Part shown: positions 10,930-21,884 of the stretch, in pieces
How positions within the stretch are numbered: the first letter of the stretch is position 1
Layout: every line of letters starts with the position of its first letter
Assembly (NCBI GenBank): GCA_030704615.1
Contig: CM060731.1
Location: 95,604,001-95,668,000, forward strand
Reading direction: 5' to 3'
Length of the DNA stretch: 64,000 nucleotides
From: Takakia lepidozioides
Taxonomy: Eukaryota; Plantae; Bryophyta
Made by a program: the position numbers and the translations under genes
Notes under the pieces: model-generated
Seen by the model: the letters and a program-made list of their open reading frames with translations, nothing else
Database searches by the model: none
What the model was told of the DNA's origin: nothing

Positions 10930-13900
10930 ATGCCGAAGGGGAGGAAGCAGATGCGTCTACAGGAGGAGATTGCCATCTCCGAGCAGCAGGCCACTCAGGC
11001 AACCCAGCCACCAGTGAGAGCTCCATGCGATCGGGCTGCGCGCAGCTGATCGAGCACCGAACCCCCCCATTTTGCTTCTGTAATTCTTAGACTGAATGCT
11101 AGGAGACTTGAATGCAGAACATGTTTGCATGCCTAACAGGAAAGGTGGACGTGCTGGAGGGATCGCAGGAATCCGAAGAGCCGCAGGAAGAGTCCGAGGA
11201 GCTAGCTGCAGCACGTACACCCACCCGATCCCCGAGCGCGGGTATTCCTGCCGGGCCTAGCCCTCTGCGATTCAAAGACGCGTCTTCGAAGGGCAAGTTC
11301 AAAGTCCCAGAGATCGACTCGCGTTCTTCGATCATGGAGAATCGCCAGCAGGGGTCGGGCCCTTCTCCAGCAAAGTCGAAGAAGAAGCAGCCCGTCCCTC
11401 TACTGGCTTTTGAACCGGCTCAGGCCGATTCACCCCCACCCAACGCGAATGAAGCAGCAGGGTAGAAGACAGATTCAATTGCAGCAGACACCTTCACCTG
11501 CAAGGATGAGGAAGCAGAAGGCAATCAGGGCGACGGGCGAACAATCTCCCGCAAAACCGCTTCCACGAGCTGAAGCTCAGTTCCTGGAGGATTTCCCGCC
11601 TGCAGATGTTGGGGCCGACTCTGCTGCAGCGAAGGCAATGGGATCGACCGTTGATGTCGATTTGGTACCGGAGGAGGGTGCTGCCGCTGAACGTTCGCAG
11701 CAAGACCTCACCACCGATGAGCAAGCAGGCCCGGAGGAGGCCTCTGCAATGGCAGAATTGCCCGCAGACAGGCCCCAGAGTGCAGCTCCTGTTGAGGATG
11801 CTCCAGCTGCTCAGCCACTACCGGCACCTACAGACATGTCTCCGGAGGATTTCAAAAGTGCAGCGGATAAAATGTTGGAGGAGACACACAGTAGCATTGG
11901 CAGAGTTCTGGGCAGCAGGGTATTCCAGCGGACTCTTCGAATCCCACTCTGTCGCATGGTCTCCCTTCCCATCGTCAGGCAGGCCCTTCCCGGAGATGTG
12001 GATAAGCTCAAGTTCGCATTTCGAGAAGGGTACCGTCTGGGATCGGCAGCGTTTTACGTTTCCATTGAGAATGAGGACGGCGAAACTCGTGGACCCACTG
12101 CCGATGAATTGTCAACGTGGGATACCCACTGGCACACTCGCAACCACGAATTCGAGGCGACGCTGAAGGGTGATCCAGACTTCGGCCATATGTCGGGTAA
12201 AATGTTCTTTGTGTGGGACGGGAATCACCGACTTCTCGCCTGGTGGGAGTACATCAAGCAGAACCATGCCAAGCACATTGGCTGGCATTACATGGTGGAG
12301 TGTGTCATCCTCAAGGTGAAGGCGGCAGACTCCTCCCTGCTCAAGAATGCCATGGCGGACCTCAACTCGTAAGATACTCATACCCTCCCTAGCACGTTCG
12401 AAATGCGGTGCCGCATTTCGGTTTCCATTCTGGTTTGTTTCCGTGCTTCCGTGTACTGAACTGGAGAGTGTGCCTTGCAGGGTCACTGAGAATGCGTACG
12501 TGCATACCCACATGGCACACATGCTGTACAGGGTGAGGAAAACTGGTCTCACTGATCCGCACATGTTTGCGGAAATGCTGGAGCCCGAGCTCATTCAGAA
12601 AGCCGTTGCAAAAACAGACCGGACATGGTATCGTCTCACTATGGATGGAATGGTGGAGGTGATATACGAAGTAAGTCGTCCTCCGATTTCTGTTTGCTCA
12701 TCCTTCAGATTGAAATTTTCAGTAATCTTTCCACATGAATCGAATGTAACGCTTCTGCATGTTTTTGTTGGCAGTCAAACATCAAGCTGGATTTGGCCCA
12801 TGCCAAACGCTTCTTCATGGAAAGTGAGGGGCAGGTGAAAACGTTGCAGTCATTGACTGAGCACTTGAAGGAAGCCGGTGTCAAGTCCAGAACCAAATAC
12901 AAGTCAAAGCTTGTGAAGCTGGTGGCAATTGCAGATCCGGCACTTGGAAAGGACTTCATCCCCGAGATTGCAAAACACTATTCTCGGGCCATGCAGCCGA
13001 CCATGCAATTGGAGAAACTGCATCACCTCTCAACGGCATGTGTTGAGGCGAAAGAGAAGGTGAGGTTTCAATGCACTGAAGTTCCTTCCTAGCAATAGCC
13101 ACTCTCTTCCAGCTCCTGACATTGGATCGGAAATGGCAGACACGGTGGCTGTCGATCTGGAATGCATCCGAGAGCATAAGGACAATGTGGTCTTTTCCAC
13201 TCGAAGTTTCCGACCCTGCAGTGGATGTGTGGCTCAACCGCATGACTTGGTGGTTCCAGGTAATTCAAGGTACTTCCCCAGATTTGCTTTTCTGAAATGA
13301 ATTCCCTGAACTGCTACGTGACAATGCATTTGGGAATCGCAGGTAATGTCGAATGCGAAGGAGCAAGTCGTAATGCACACAAATTCGTTCGGCTTGTACG
13401 TCAAATGGGATGGAACACAGACATTGGAAGACTACGTGACACGTTTCAGATGTGCGTACAAGGACAACCTTTCGCCAGAGAGCTACAGACAGCAAGAAGG
13501 AGCGTGGAGTTTACACATCAGGAGGGAGCGGGGAAAGCTGCAATGCGAATTGTTTACAGGTGAAGCACAGCTGCCCTTGTATGCGAAGCCTGGTTACGAG
13601 GTTTGTCTCGGAAATGCGGCACCGCATTCGCATTTTATGTTTTCGGTGGCACTCTGCGAGTAGGTTCGTCCAATCTTATGCTCACGCATGCTGACTGCCT
13701 TGCAGGTATATGAAATACGTGCTCCTTCAGACAGGGGCCCTGGCTCAAGAGCCCCCGTTCTTCATGGCTTGGACCGTGGCGGGCCCAAGCTGTGTCTACA
13801 CACCCGAGATGCAGAAACAATGGCATCCCGCGCATCTCGTTGGATGCCCCTGGTACCTGGATATGTCTGGCGGTATTGTTGACGAGTCTGAGAAAGATCT

Positions 13901-16057
13901 GCATGCCTTGGCAGAAGAGAAGAGAAAGGAAAGACGTGTCCCTGCTGGGCCAAAGTCGGCAAAGGAATCTGCTGCTCTGGAAGAATCCAGAAAGGCAGCT
14001 GAGATGGCACAAAAGACGGTGGATGCAGCTGTGCAGGCCCAACAGAAGGGGTCGAAGAAGAGGACTCGCCAGCAAGGAGCAGCTGTTGTGACACCCGCCA
14101 AAACGAAGAAGCAGAAACAGCCTGTTCAGGAAGAGGGTGAGGAAGAGGACTCCGATGGAGACTTTGCAACCAGCCCACCCCCCCAAACGCAGGCTGCCTC
14201 CCCTGTGCCCACCGTTGTCACGAGAGGCACGAGAACTGGCTCGGCAAAGAAGGCACTCTTCAACCCCCCAGGGGGGCACCCTTTCGAGCCGGTGGAAATG
14301 AAGAGGCCGAAAGTGGCTCCCGAAACAGTAGTCCAGTGTGTAAATGAGAGTTTCTTGGCGGCTTTGGATGGACGGGCAGCCAAGTTGGCATACATGAAGA
14401 CCATGGAGGGTCTGAAGGGCAGAGCACTGAAGAAGGCGACTGCCGAAGAGCCTTCCGACACCCCAGGATTTCAGAATATGGTCTCGTTCTTTGAGAGGGT
14501 GTGTGCAGACAAGGATTGTAGGAGGGGCGGAAATGCCACCGAGTGGTCTTGCGATATGATCATCTTGGATATTCCGGACGGAGAGCCTGTGGAAGGACTG
14601 CAAGCTTTGCCATCTTGGAACAGGTACTCGGAGGACTTTGGAAGAAAGGATTCGGGCTTGCCCGCATGGTGTTGGACGACAGAGGCTGTGTGGTTGTCCT
14701 GGCGAGCAGAGGAAAAAACACTCAGACAGGAATTGCGAAGTGGACCCGCAAGAGCGCCGTCCCGATTCTGAAAAAGAAGTGGACGTGCATCAACACACTG
14801 GGCCTTCGGTCGGAAGGGAAGAAGGTGATTACGACACTGGCACTCGTCCATTCATTTGCTTGGGTGTTTTCAAATGCGGTGCCGCATTCGGTTTCTAATC
14901 GTTTTCCCCCTGTGTATGCAGACGAAGCAGTTCGATGCATACTGCTTTGTGAAGGAGAACTCCACCTTTGCTTTCCGGAAGGAGGGAGGAAAGGTTGACC
15001 CGAACTGCGACCCACTCGATTACGACGTTCTGTTCAACAACGTTCCCAAGGAACTTCTCCCTCATAGCCTCACTTCAACGGAACCCCGCGGTACTCACGG
15101 ACTCGGAGCCCTGCCTTCATTCAGACAATTATGGAGACATGCACAGACGTGGAGGGCACAGTGCTCGACCTCATCTGTGGGACAGGTATGCAGAATCTTG
15201 ATCTATGCTGTTCTGCAAATTCTCGTTAGGATGTAGTTCGCAACATCTGAAGCGCCATGTGGTAATGTGTGGATGGCATTGTAACAGGTGCCTCAATGTG
15301 GGCTGGGCGGTTTTCCGACCGGCACCTCTTTGCCTACGAGGAGGATTCATCCGTGTGGGGATCCCATCTGGAGGGGCTGCAACGGAATGTGAAGGCTCCC
15401 GACAGAGCGGAAGTCTCCTCGGATTCGTCGGAGTCCGAGGAAGACACAGTGGACATTGATGCGGAGGAGAACCCGGAATACGAGTGAGTGCAAACATTGT
15501 AAGTTTGCAAAGCCTTCTGGGTCATTTATGTCAAACGAATTTCCCGACTGTGGTTCTCATTAGTCTCGTTGATGATTGTCATGTGCAGGATTGCAGGGTC
15601 CGGGTCGAAACATGTAGGGCCTACACTTCCTGCCAGGAAGAATGTCCCGTTCTTTGCGAGGGCCGACTTCATGACGAGCCCGGTGAGGGACTACTCCCTT
15701 CCTAGTTATGCAGCTAAACTCGCAAATACAGCGATTAGAAGAAGTGAGAATCCCAGTAAAGTAGAGCAGATTTTGGAGAGGGCTAGGGAGGACAGAAGGA
15801 TAAGGAAAGAGTTGGCAGCAGCTCAGACAGGTAGACGGGTACGAAAGTACATATGTGATTCAGCGGATGAGAGCGACGCAGACAGGGAGGAAGACGACCC
15901 AACGGAGGTGAGATGGACAGTTCCGCAAGGGGAAGATGGGATTTTCGAAAGCCTGGCCAACGAGCAGTCCGCTGGAGATGAGAAAGGCACTGAGGGGGTG
16001 GAGGCGGAGCAGGACAGTCTAGAACAGGATGAGGATTCGGATGATTTTCAAGATTAA
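10930..16057 (+). CDS. ORF2: multi-exon protein with disordered N-terminus, ParB/Srx-like domain, beta-class amino-methyltransferase-like domain and acidic tail; contains frameshifts
   Basis: FFVWDGNHRLLA near 12205-12240; CDMIILDIPDG (DIPD 14568-14579); RTRSPAFIQTIMETCTDVEGTVLDLICGT/GASMWAGRFSDRHLFAYEED across intron 15186-15287; GT-AG introns e.g. 12369-12480, 12671-12774, 13060-13111, 13601-13705, 15484-15588; the last three introns are conserved in the 28533-30508 copy. Start codon and first intron uncertain. Confidence 0.75.
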
Positions 16058-16193
16058 TAGAATTTTAATGAAGTCTCTGTAAATGTAAATTCTCTTCCAG
16101 AGTATATAAAGGAAATTCTGCCAGACATTCGTGACCCCTCTCCAGTGTGCATTCCAGCCACACAATCGCTCAAACCACGACGCTCCCAAAATC

Positions 16194-16894
16194 AGAAATG
16201 GGGCAGCGCATTTCCAAAATTTTGGCAACTCTAAGAACCTCTTTTGGAAATGCGGCACCGCATTTCCAAAACAGGGGGGGACTAAATTTTCCATTTCAAT
16301 GTTGGCATAGTAAAAAGTAATCTGAATTGGAAATGCGGTGCCGCATTTCCAAAATTTCCTTTGTCCACACGCCAGTTTTGGCCTCTCCCGCTCATTGCAT
16401 GGATGCCACCACGCTTACAGAGGTCGAACAAGGAGGTCGAACAAGGAGGTCGAGATGGCGGAATTGAAAATGCGGTGCCGCATTTCAGTATTGGGGATGG
16501 TCGTTGTTCGAACTGCAGGCCCATCAGCAAAAATTGGCACCGCATTCCATTGTTAAAAAAAAGTCGATGACGGACATGGAAATGCGGCGCCGTATTTCCA
16601 GAACGGACATCGCAATTTGTCCATTTGCAGACCCTCTCTCGGAAATGCGGTAACGCATTCCATCGCGCTGGTCGCAAATGTCACACTTTTCGAAGTGTTG
16701 TACGGAAATGCGGCACCGCATTCCCTTGTCCAAAAAGAAGTTTCCATTGCCAAGCTGGAAATGCGTCGCCGCATTTGCAATGCCAACCTCGTTTTCTGAC
16801 CAATTTATAGACCCGTGTTGGTATTTCGTGTACCTGGACGGAAATGATGCACCGCATTTTCTTGTCCCACATGGAAATGCGGCGCCGCATTTCG
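16194..16894. repeat. Second cluster of 11 subfamily-1 palindromes separated by non-repetitive spacers
   Basis: Motif starts at about 16194, 16246, 16329, 16466, 16528, 16578, 16641, 16704, 16757, 16840, 16873. Confidence 0.9.
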
Positions 16895-17149
16895 ATGCCG
16901 ACATGGCGTTACTCTGGTATATTCTTGACACATGACTCACATACCGGTTACTCTGCTATATTCATCCGGACAGACACATTGTAGAAATGAGACATCAAAT
17001 TGTAAACAGTGGGCCAATTCCGACAGTTATTCAACACAATGAAACACAATCATACAGAAGTGAGGTACGATGGGTTTATTGATCGGACACGATGTCTCAC
17101 ATTTACCAACTGCAGACAAAACTAAGCCCTTCCTCCTTCTACATGGGCT

Positions 17150-17728
17150 TCACCAAGTCGACGGAACTTCGATACCCCTCAAAACAAGCTCATCACTGCT
17201 GCGGCACCTCGAGGTAAACTGCAATTCGGTCGTTCTGCTGCCCTTGCTGGAGCCGACGACAATGTCATGTCCATCAATGATACCACCATCATACATTGAC
17301 AAGGTCACTGTGGGCCTCATGTGCCCGTGCGATTCGTCTTCGCAACGCAGCCGAATGTCTCCATACACTGGAAGAGCGGAGTGATCTGCACGTATATAGT
17401 TTTCCCCGGTGCCGTCCTCCCTGGTCCACTGGCAGCAGTTCCAGCGCCAAAGCGAGGCCGTGCGTGATCTATCCGGCATCCCTTTCCAGCTTGGTATATC
17501 GAGGTCAACAATTTTCAGGACCCACGGACCGCATTGACCCTCGCCCTCACCTCGCTCAAAGCGGTAATAGCCCTCCAGATACTCCATTGCGCGCAAAGAC
17601 TCTTGCTTGATTCCAGCAGCGTCTGTGAAAACAGAGAGCCAGACAATGATGTCTCCTGATTCTGGTTTGAACATAGCATAATCGTGGCCATGATAAGGGC
17701 AGTCGGCTGGATTTCGGCGGCACGACAT
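17150..17728 (-). CDS. ORF4: 192-aa protein of unknown function, paralog of ORF5
   Basis: Intact ORF from MSCRRNPADCPY; aligns end to end with ORF5 (DCP..DYAM..SGDI..W, EY..G.Y.FERG, PW.L.I.D.D.PS, RWNCC.WT, P.YGDIR, DGG.I.G.DIVV, ELVLR..EVP). Confidence 0.8.
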   Translation of the reverse strand: MSCRRNPADCPYHGHDYAMFKPESGDIIVWLSVFTDAAGIKQESLRAMEYLEGYYRFERGEGEGQCGPWVLKIVDLDIPSWKGMPDRSRTASLWRWNCCQWTREDGTGENYIRADHSALPVYGDIRLRCEDESHGHMRPTVTLSMYDGGIIDGHDIVVGSSKGSRTTELQFTSRCRSSDELVLRGIEVPSTW

Positions 17729-18277
17729 CCTTGAAAAAGAGTCGCGGAGTACGCTCAATGACAGCAGCTCCCGGATGGAGGAGGAGGACCGCGGTGGCTG
17801 GAAAAAGTTCAAGCTAACGCTGCAATTCCTCACAAACACTCCAGGGCACATTTAAATTCCCCCCTACAGGATCCTGGACCGATGAAGATTGGCTGCTGCA
17901 TGAATGTAGCCGTTTCAGTTTCCTACCCTGCCATGCAAACTATGAGCAGTCACTGCCAGGTGGGCCGATAGCCACTGGACACGACGAAGTCCATCCCCTC
18001 TTCGATGTAAATGCGGCGCCGAATTTCCATCCGGGGGGATGGACTTCAGTGGCAGATCTCAAACTATAACTTGTTGATGAGAAAGATGTATGGGTTCATC
18101 CACCGCTGGCGTGATGAACACGTTCCACCTCCGTCGGTGGGTACGTGTGACCCAGATGCTCCATTATTGGAGGCCGAACTGCTCTTCCGCTTCGCATCAT
18201 TTCCAAAATCTAAGGGCTTCGTAGCTGTCCGCAAGGTCATCGGCATCCAAGTCGTCCTCAGGTCCTCCTTTGCAAGG

Positions 18278-18841
18278 ATGCCGTGCTTCCGGAACCGGGA
18301 CGACTGCCCATTTGGAGGCATCGATTATGCAATGTATTCGGCCACATCGGGAGACATTGTTATCTGGTACACAGATTACACAGAAGATACTGGTTCGATT
18401 GTGGAAACATTGGTGGCTTTTGAGTATATCGTAGGCCACTACGCCTTCGAGCGGGGTGACGATATTGGTCTGAGGAGTCCGTGGCTCCTGCGCATCCTCG
18501 ATTCCGATTTTCCCAGCTACGACGGTCACCCATGCAGAAGAAGGCGCACTGCTATGCTATTGCGGTGGAACTGCTGCCACTGGACGTGGGTGGACTCCAT
18601 CGGAGAGACCTATTCTCCTGAAGGAGTGCGCTCCTCTTCTCCATTGTATGGGGACATTCGCATTGGTGTGGACGACGAAAACGTGAAGATTTCCATATTC
18701 GATGGTGGTATGATTGAAGGGCAGGACATTGTGGTGAACATCACTAGGGGCGGTACAACGGCTGCAATCGACTTTACATGGAGGAGCCCCATGACTCATG
18801 AGCTAGTTCTGAGAGTAGTCGAAGTCCCATTGACAACGTGA
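18278..18841 (+). CDS. ORF5: 187-aa protein of unknown function, paralog of ORF4
   Basis: Intact ORF from MPCFRNRDDCPF; protein-level similarity to ORF4 despite DNA divergence. Confidence 0.8.
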   Translation: MPCFRNRDDCPFGGIDYAMYSATSGDIVIWYTDYTEDTGSIVETLVAFEYIVGHYAFERGDDIGLRSPWLLRILDSDFPSYDGHPCRRRRTAMLLRWNCCHWTWVDSIGETYSPEGVRSSSPLYGDIRIGVDDENVKISIFDGGMIEGQDIVVNITRGGTTAAIDFTWRSPMTHELVLRVVEVPLTT

Positions 18842-19221
18842 CTTGTATTCAGTAGGCACAGGGCTCAAGATTTGATGGCACAATCAGCACAGTAGACGTG
18901 CTTCAAATGCAATTCATGTGGATCAATAAAAACCTCATTGTGCCCTCTTTTTATTCTATTCTGTGTCCATCGTTCCCAGAATGCGTCATTGCTCATTTCG
19001 TTTGGGATTGGGAGTGTGGGTGGATTTTGCAAATGGCTGGTAGGCTGAAATGGGCCCCCATTGTACAGAGCAGTACCACCCTACCATTCGCGAAACATTG
19101 CCTTTCAATATATAATTCTAAATAACATTGCCGAACCTCCTTCATCGGGAGGTCCTTCTCCCCCTATGACCGTGGCACCCTAAACCCTATTCCCGCGGAC
19201 TCTCATTTCCGGAAAATAGTG

Positions 19222-19304
19222 CTGCTCATGTTTTTTTCCACACTTACGACTCTGCTCATGGCTCATGCCGCTCATGGCTCATGGCTCATGAAATAGCAGC
19301 CCCC
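19222..19304 (-). repeat. Right TIR plus subterminal GCTCATG heptamer array
   Basis: Six GCTCATG units inverted relative to the left end, ending GAAATAGCAGCCCCC. Confidence 0.85.
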
Positions 19305-21884
19305 ATGGAAAGTGAGGGGCAGGTCAAAACGTTGCAGTCATTGACTGAGCACTTGAAGGAAGCCGGGGTCAAGTCCAGAACGAAATACAAGTCAAAGCTT
19401 GTGAAGCTAGTGGCCATTGCAGATCCGGCACTTGGAAAGGACTTCATCCCCGAGATTGCAAAACACTATTCTGGGGCCATGCAGCTGACCATGCAGTTGG
19501 AGAAACTGCATCACCTCTCAACGGCATGTGTTGAAGCGAAAGAGAAGGTGATGTTTCAATTCACTAAAGTTCTTTCCTAGCAATAGCCACTCTTCTTCCT
19601 GCTCCTGACATTGGATCGGAAATGGCAGACACGGTGGCTGTCGATCTGGAATGCATCGGAGAGTATAAGGACAATGTGGTCTTTTTCACTCAAAGTTTCC
19701 GACCCTGCAGTGGATGTGTGGCTCAACCGCATGACTTGGTGGTTCCAGGTAATTCAAGGTACTTCCCCAGATTTGCTTTTCTGAAATGAATTCCCTGAAC
19801 TGCTACGTGACAATGCATGTGGGAATCGCAGGTAATGACGAATGCGAAGGAGCAAGTCGTAATGCATACAAATTCGTTCGGTTTGTACGTCAGATGGGAT
19901 GGAACACAGACATTGGAAGACTACGTGACATGTTTCAGATGTGTGTACAAGGACAACCTCTTCGCCAGGGAGCTGCAGACAGCAAGAAGGAGCGTGGAGT
20001 TTACACATCAGGAGGGAGCGGGAAAAGCTGCAATGCGAAATATTTACAAGTGAAGCCCAGCTGTCCTTGTATGCGAAGCCTGGTTATGAGGTTTGTCTGG
20101 GAAATGCGGCATCGCATTCGCATTTTAAGTTTTCGGTTGCACTCTGCGAGTACGTTGGTCTCAACTTTTGCTCACGCATGCTAACTGCCCTGCAGGTATA
20201 TGAAATACGTGATTCTTTAGACAGGGGCCCTGGTTCAGGAGCCCCCGTTCTTCATGGCTTGGACCGTGGCGGGCCCAAGCTGTGTCTACACACCCGAGAT
20301 GCATAAACAATGGCATGCCGCGCATCTGGTTGGATGCCCGTGGTACCTGGACATGTCTGGCGGAATTGTTGACGAGTCTAAGAAAGATCTGCACGCGAAA
20401 GCAGAAGAGAAGAGAAAGGAAAGACGTGTCCCTGCTCGGCCAGAGTCGGCAAAGGAAGCTGCTGCTCTGGAACAATCCAGAAAGGCAGCTGAGATGGCAC
20501 AGAAGACGGTGGATGCAGCTGTGCAGGCTCAACAAAAGGGGTCCAAGAAGCGGACTCGTTAGCAAGGAGCAGTAGTTGTGACACCCAAGAAAACGAAGAA
20601 GCAGAAACAGATAGTGCAGGAAGAGGGTGAAGAAGAGGACTCCGATGGAGACTTTGCAACCAGCCCACCCCCCGAAACGCAGCCAAAATCCCCTGCCCGT
20701 TGTCACGAGAGGGACGAGAACTAGCTTGGCAAAGAAGACACTCTTCAACCCCCCGGGGGGGCACCCTTTCGAGCCGGTGGAAATGAAGAGGCCAAAAGTG
20801 GATCCCGATACAGTAGTTCAGTGTGTGAATGAGAGTTTCTTGGCGGCTTTGGATGGACGGGCAGCCAAGTTGGCATACATGAAGACCATGGAGGGTCTGA
20901 AGGGCAGAGCACTGAAGAAGGTGGCTGCCGAAGAGCCTTCCGACACCCCTGGGTTTCTGAAGATGGTCTCGTTCTTTGAGAGGGTGTGTGCAGACAAGGA
21001 TTGCAGGAGGGGCAGAAATGCCACCGAGTGGTCTTGCGATATGATCATCTTGAATATTCCGGACGGAGAGCCTGTGGAAGGACTGCAAGCTTTGCCATCT
21101 TGGAACAGGTACTCGGAGGACTTTTGGAAGAAAGGATTCGGGCTCGCCCGCATGGTGTTGGACGACAGAGGCTGTGTGGTTGTCCTGGCGAGCAAAGGCA
21201 AAAACATGCAGACAGGAATTGCGAAGTGGACCCGCAAGAGCGCCGTCCCAATTCTGAAGAAGAAGTGGACGTGCATCAACACATTGGGCCTTCGGTCGGA
21301 AGGGAAGAAGGTAATTACGACATTGGCACTCGTCCTTTCATTTTCTTAGGAGTTTTGAAATGCGGTGCCGCATTCGATTTCTAATCGTTCCCCACTGTGT
21401 ATGCAGACAAAGCAGTTCGATGTATACTGCTTTGTGAAGGAGAACTCCACCTTTGCTTTCCGGAAGGAGGGATTGTTGGTTGACCCGAACTGCGACCCCA
21501 TCGATTACGACGTCCTGTTCAACAACGTTCCCACGGAACTTCTCCCTCATAGCCTCACTTCAATTGAACCCCTGCGGTATTCACGGACTCGGAGCCCTGC
21601 CTTCATTCAGACAATTATGGAGACATGCACTGACGTGGAGGGCACAGTGCTCGACCTCATCTGTGGGACAGGTATGCAAAATCTTGTTCTATGTTGTTCT
21701 GCAAATTCTCGTTATGCTTTAATTCGCAACATCTGAAGGGCCATGTCATAATGTGTGGATGGCATTGTAACAGGTGCCTCAATGTGGGCTGGGCGGTTTT
21801 CCGACCGGCACCTCTTTGCCTACGAGGAGGACACATCCGTCTGGGGATCCCATCTGGAAGGGCTGCAATGGAATGTGAAGGCTC
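19305..21884 (+). pseudogene. Right part of the older subfamily-1 copy (ORF2 through the MTase-like domain), truncated by an LTR
   Basis: Colinear with 12817-15398; stop at 20560, frameshifts, NIPD in place of DIPD. Confidence 0.92.

Larger units (their letters stand above)
3917..19304. mobile_element. Complete 15.4-kb Mutator-like (MULE) DNA transposon, subfamily 1
   Basis: Termini GAGGTTTACTATTTCATGAGC (3917) and reverse complement GGGGGCTGCTATTTCATGAGC (ends 19304); 9-bp TSD ATGGAAAGT at 3908-3916 and 19305-19313; flanks rejoin to the uninterrupted sequence seen at 12811-12835; MULE-type transposase inside. Confidence 0.92.

Noticed and set aside
15569-16057. Independent ORF3
   Set aside because: GT-AG intron 15484-15588 joins it in frame to ORF2, and the same junction exists near 30287-30406
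10930-16057. Bacterial or phage contamination, or a restriction-modification system
   Set aside because: Conserved spliceosomal introns, location inside TIR/TSD-bounded plant TE, no nuclease partner recognised
3917-19304. CACTA, hAT or KDZ classification
   Set aside because: Ends are not CACTA, TSD is 9 bp by TIR alignment, and the DDE+CxxH+SWIM pattern fits Mutator
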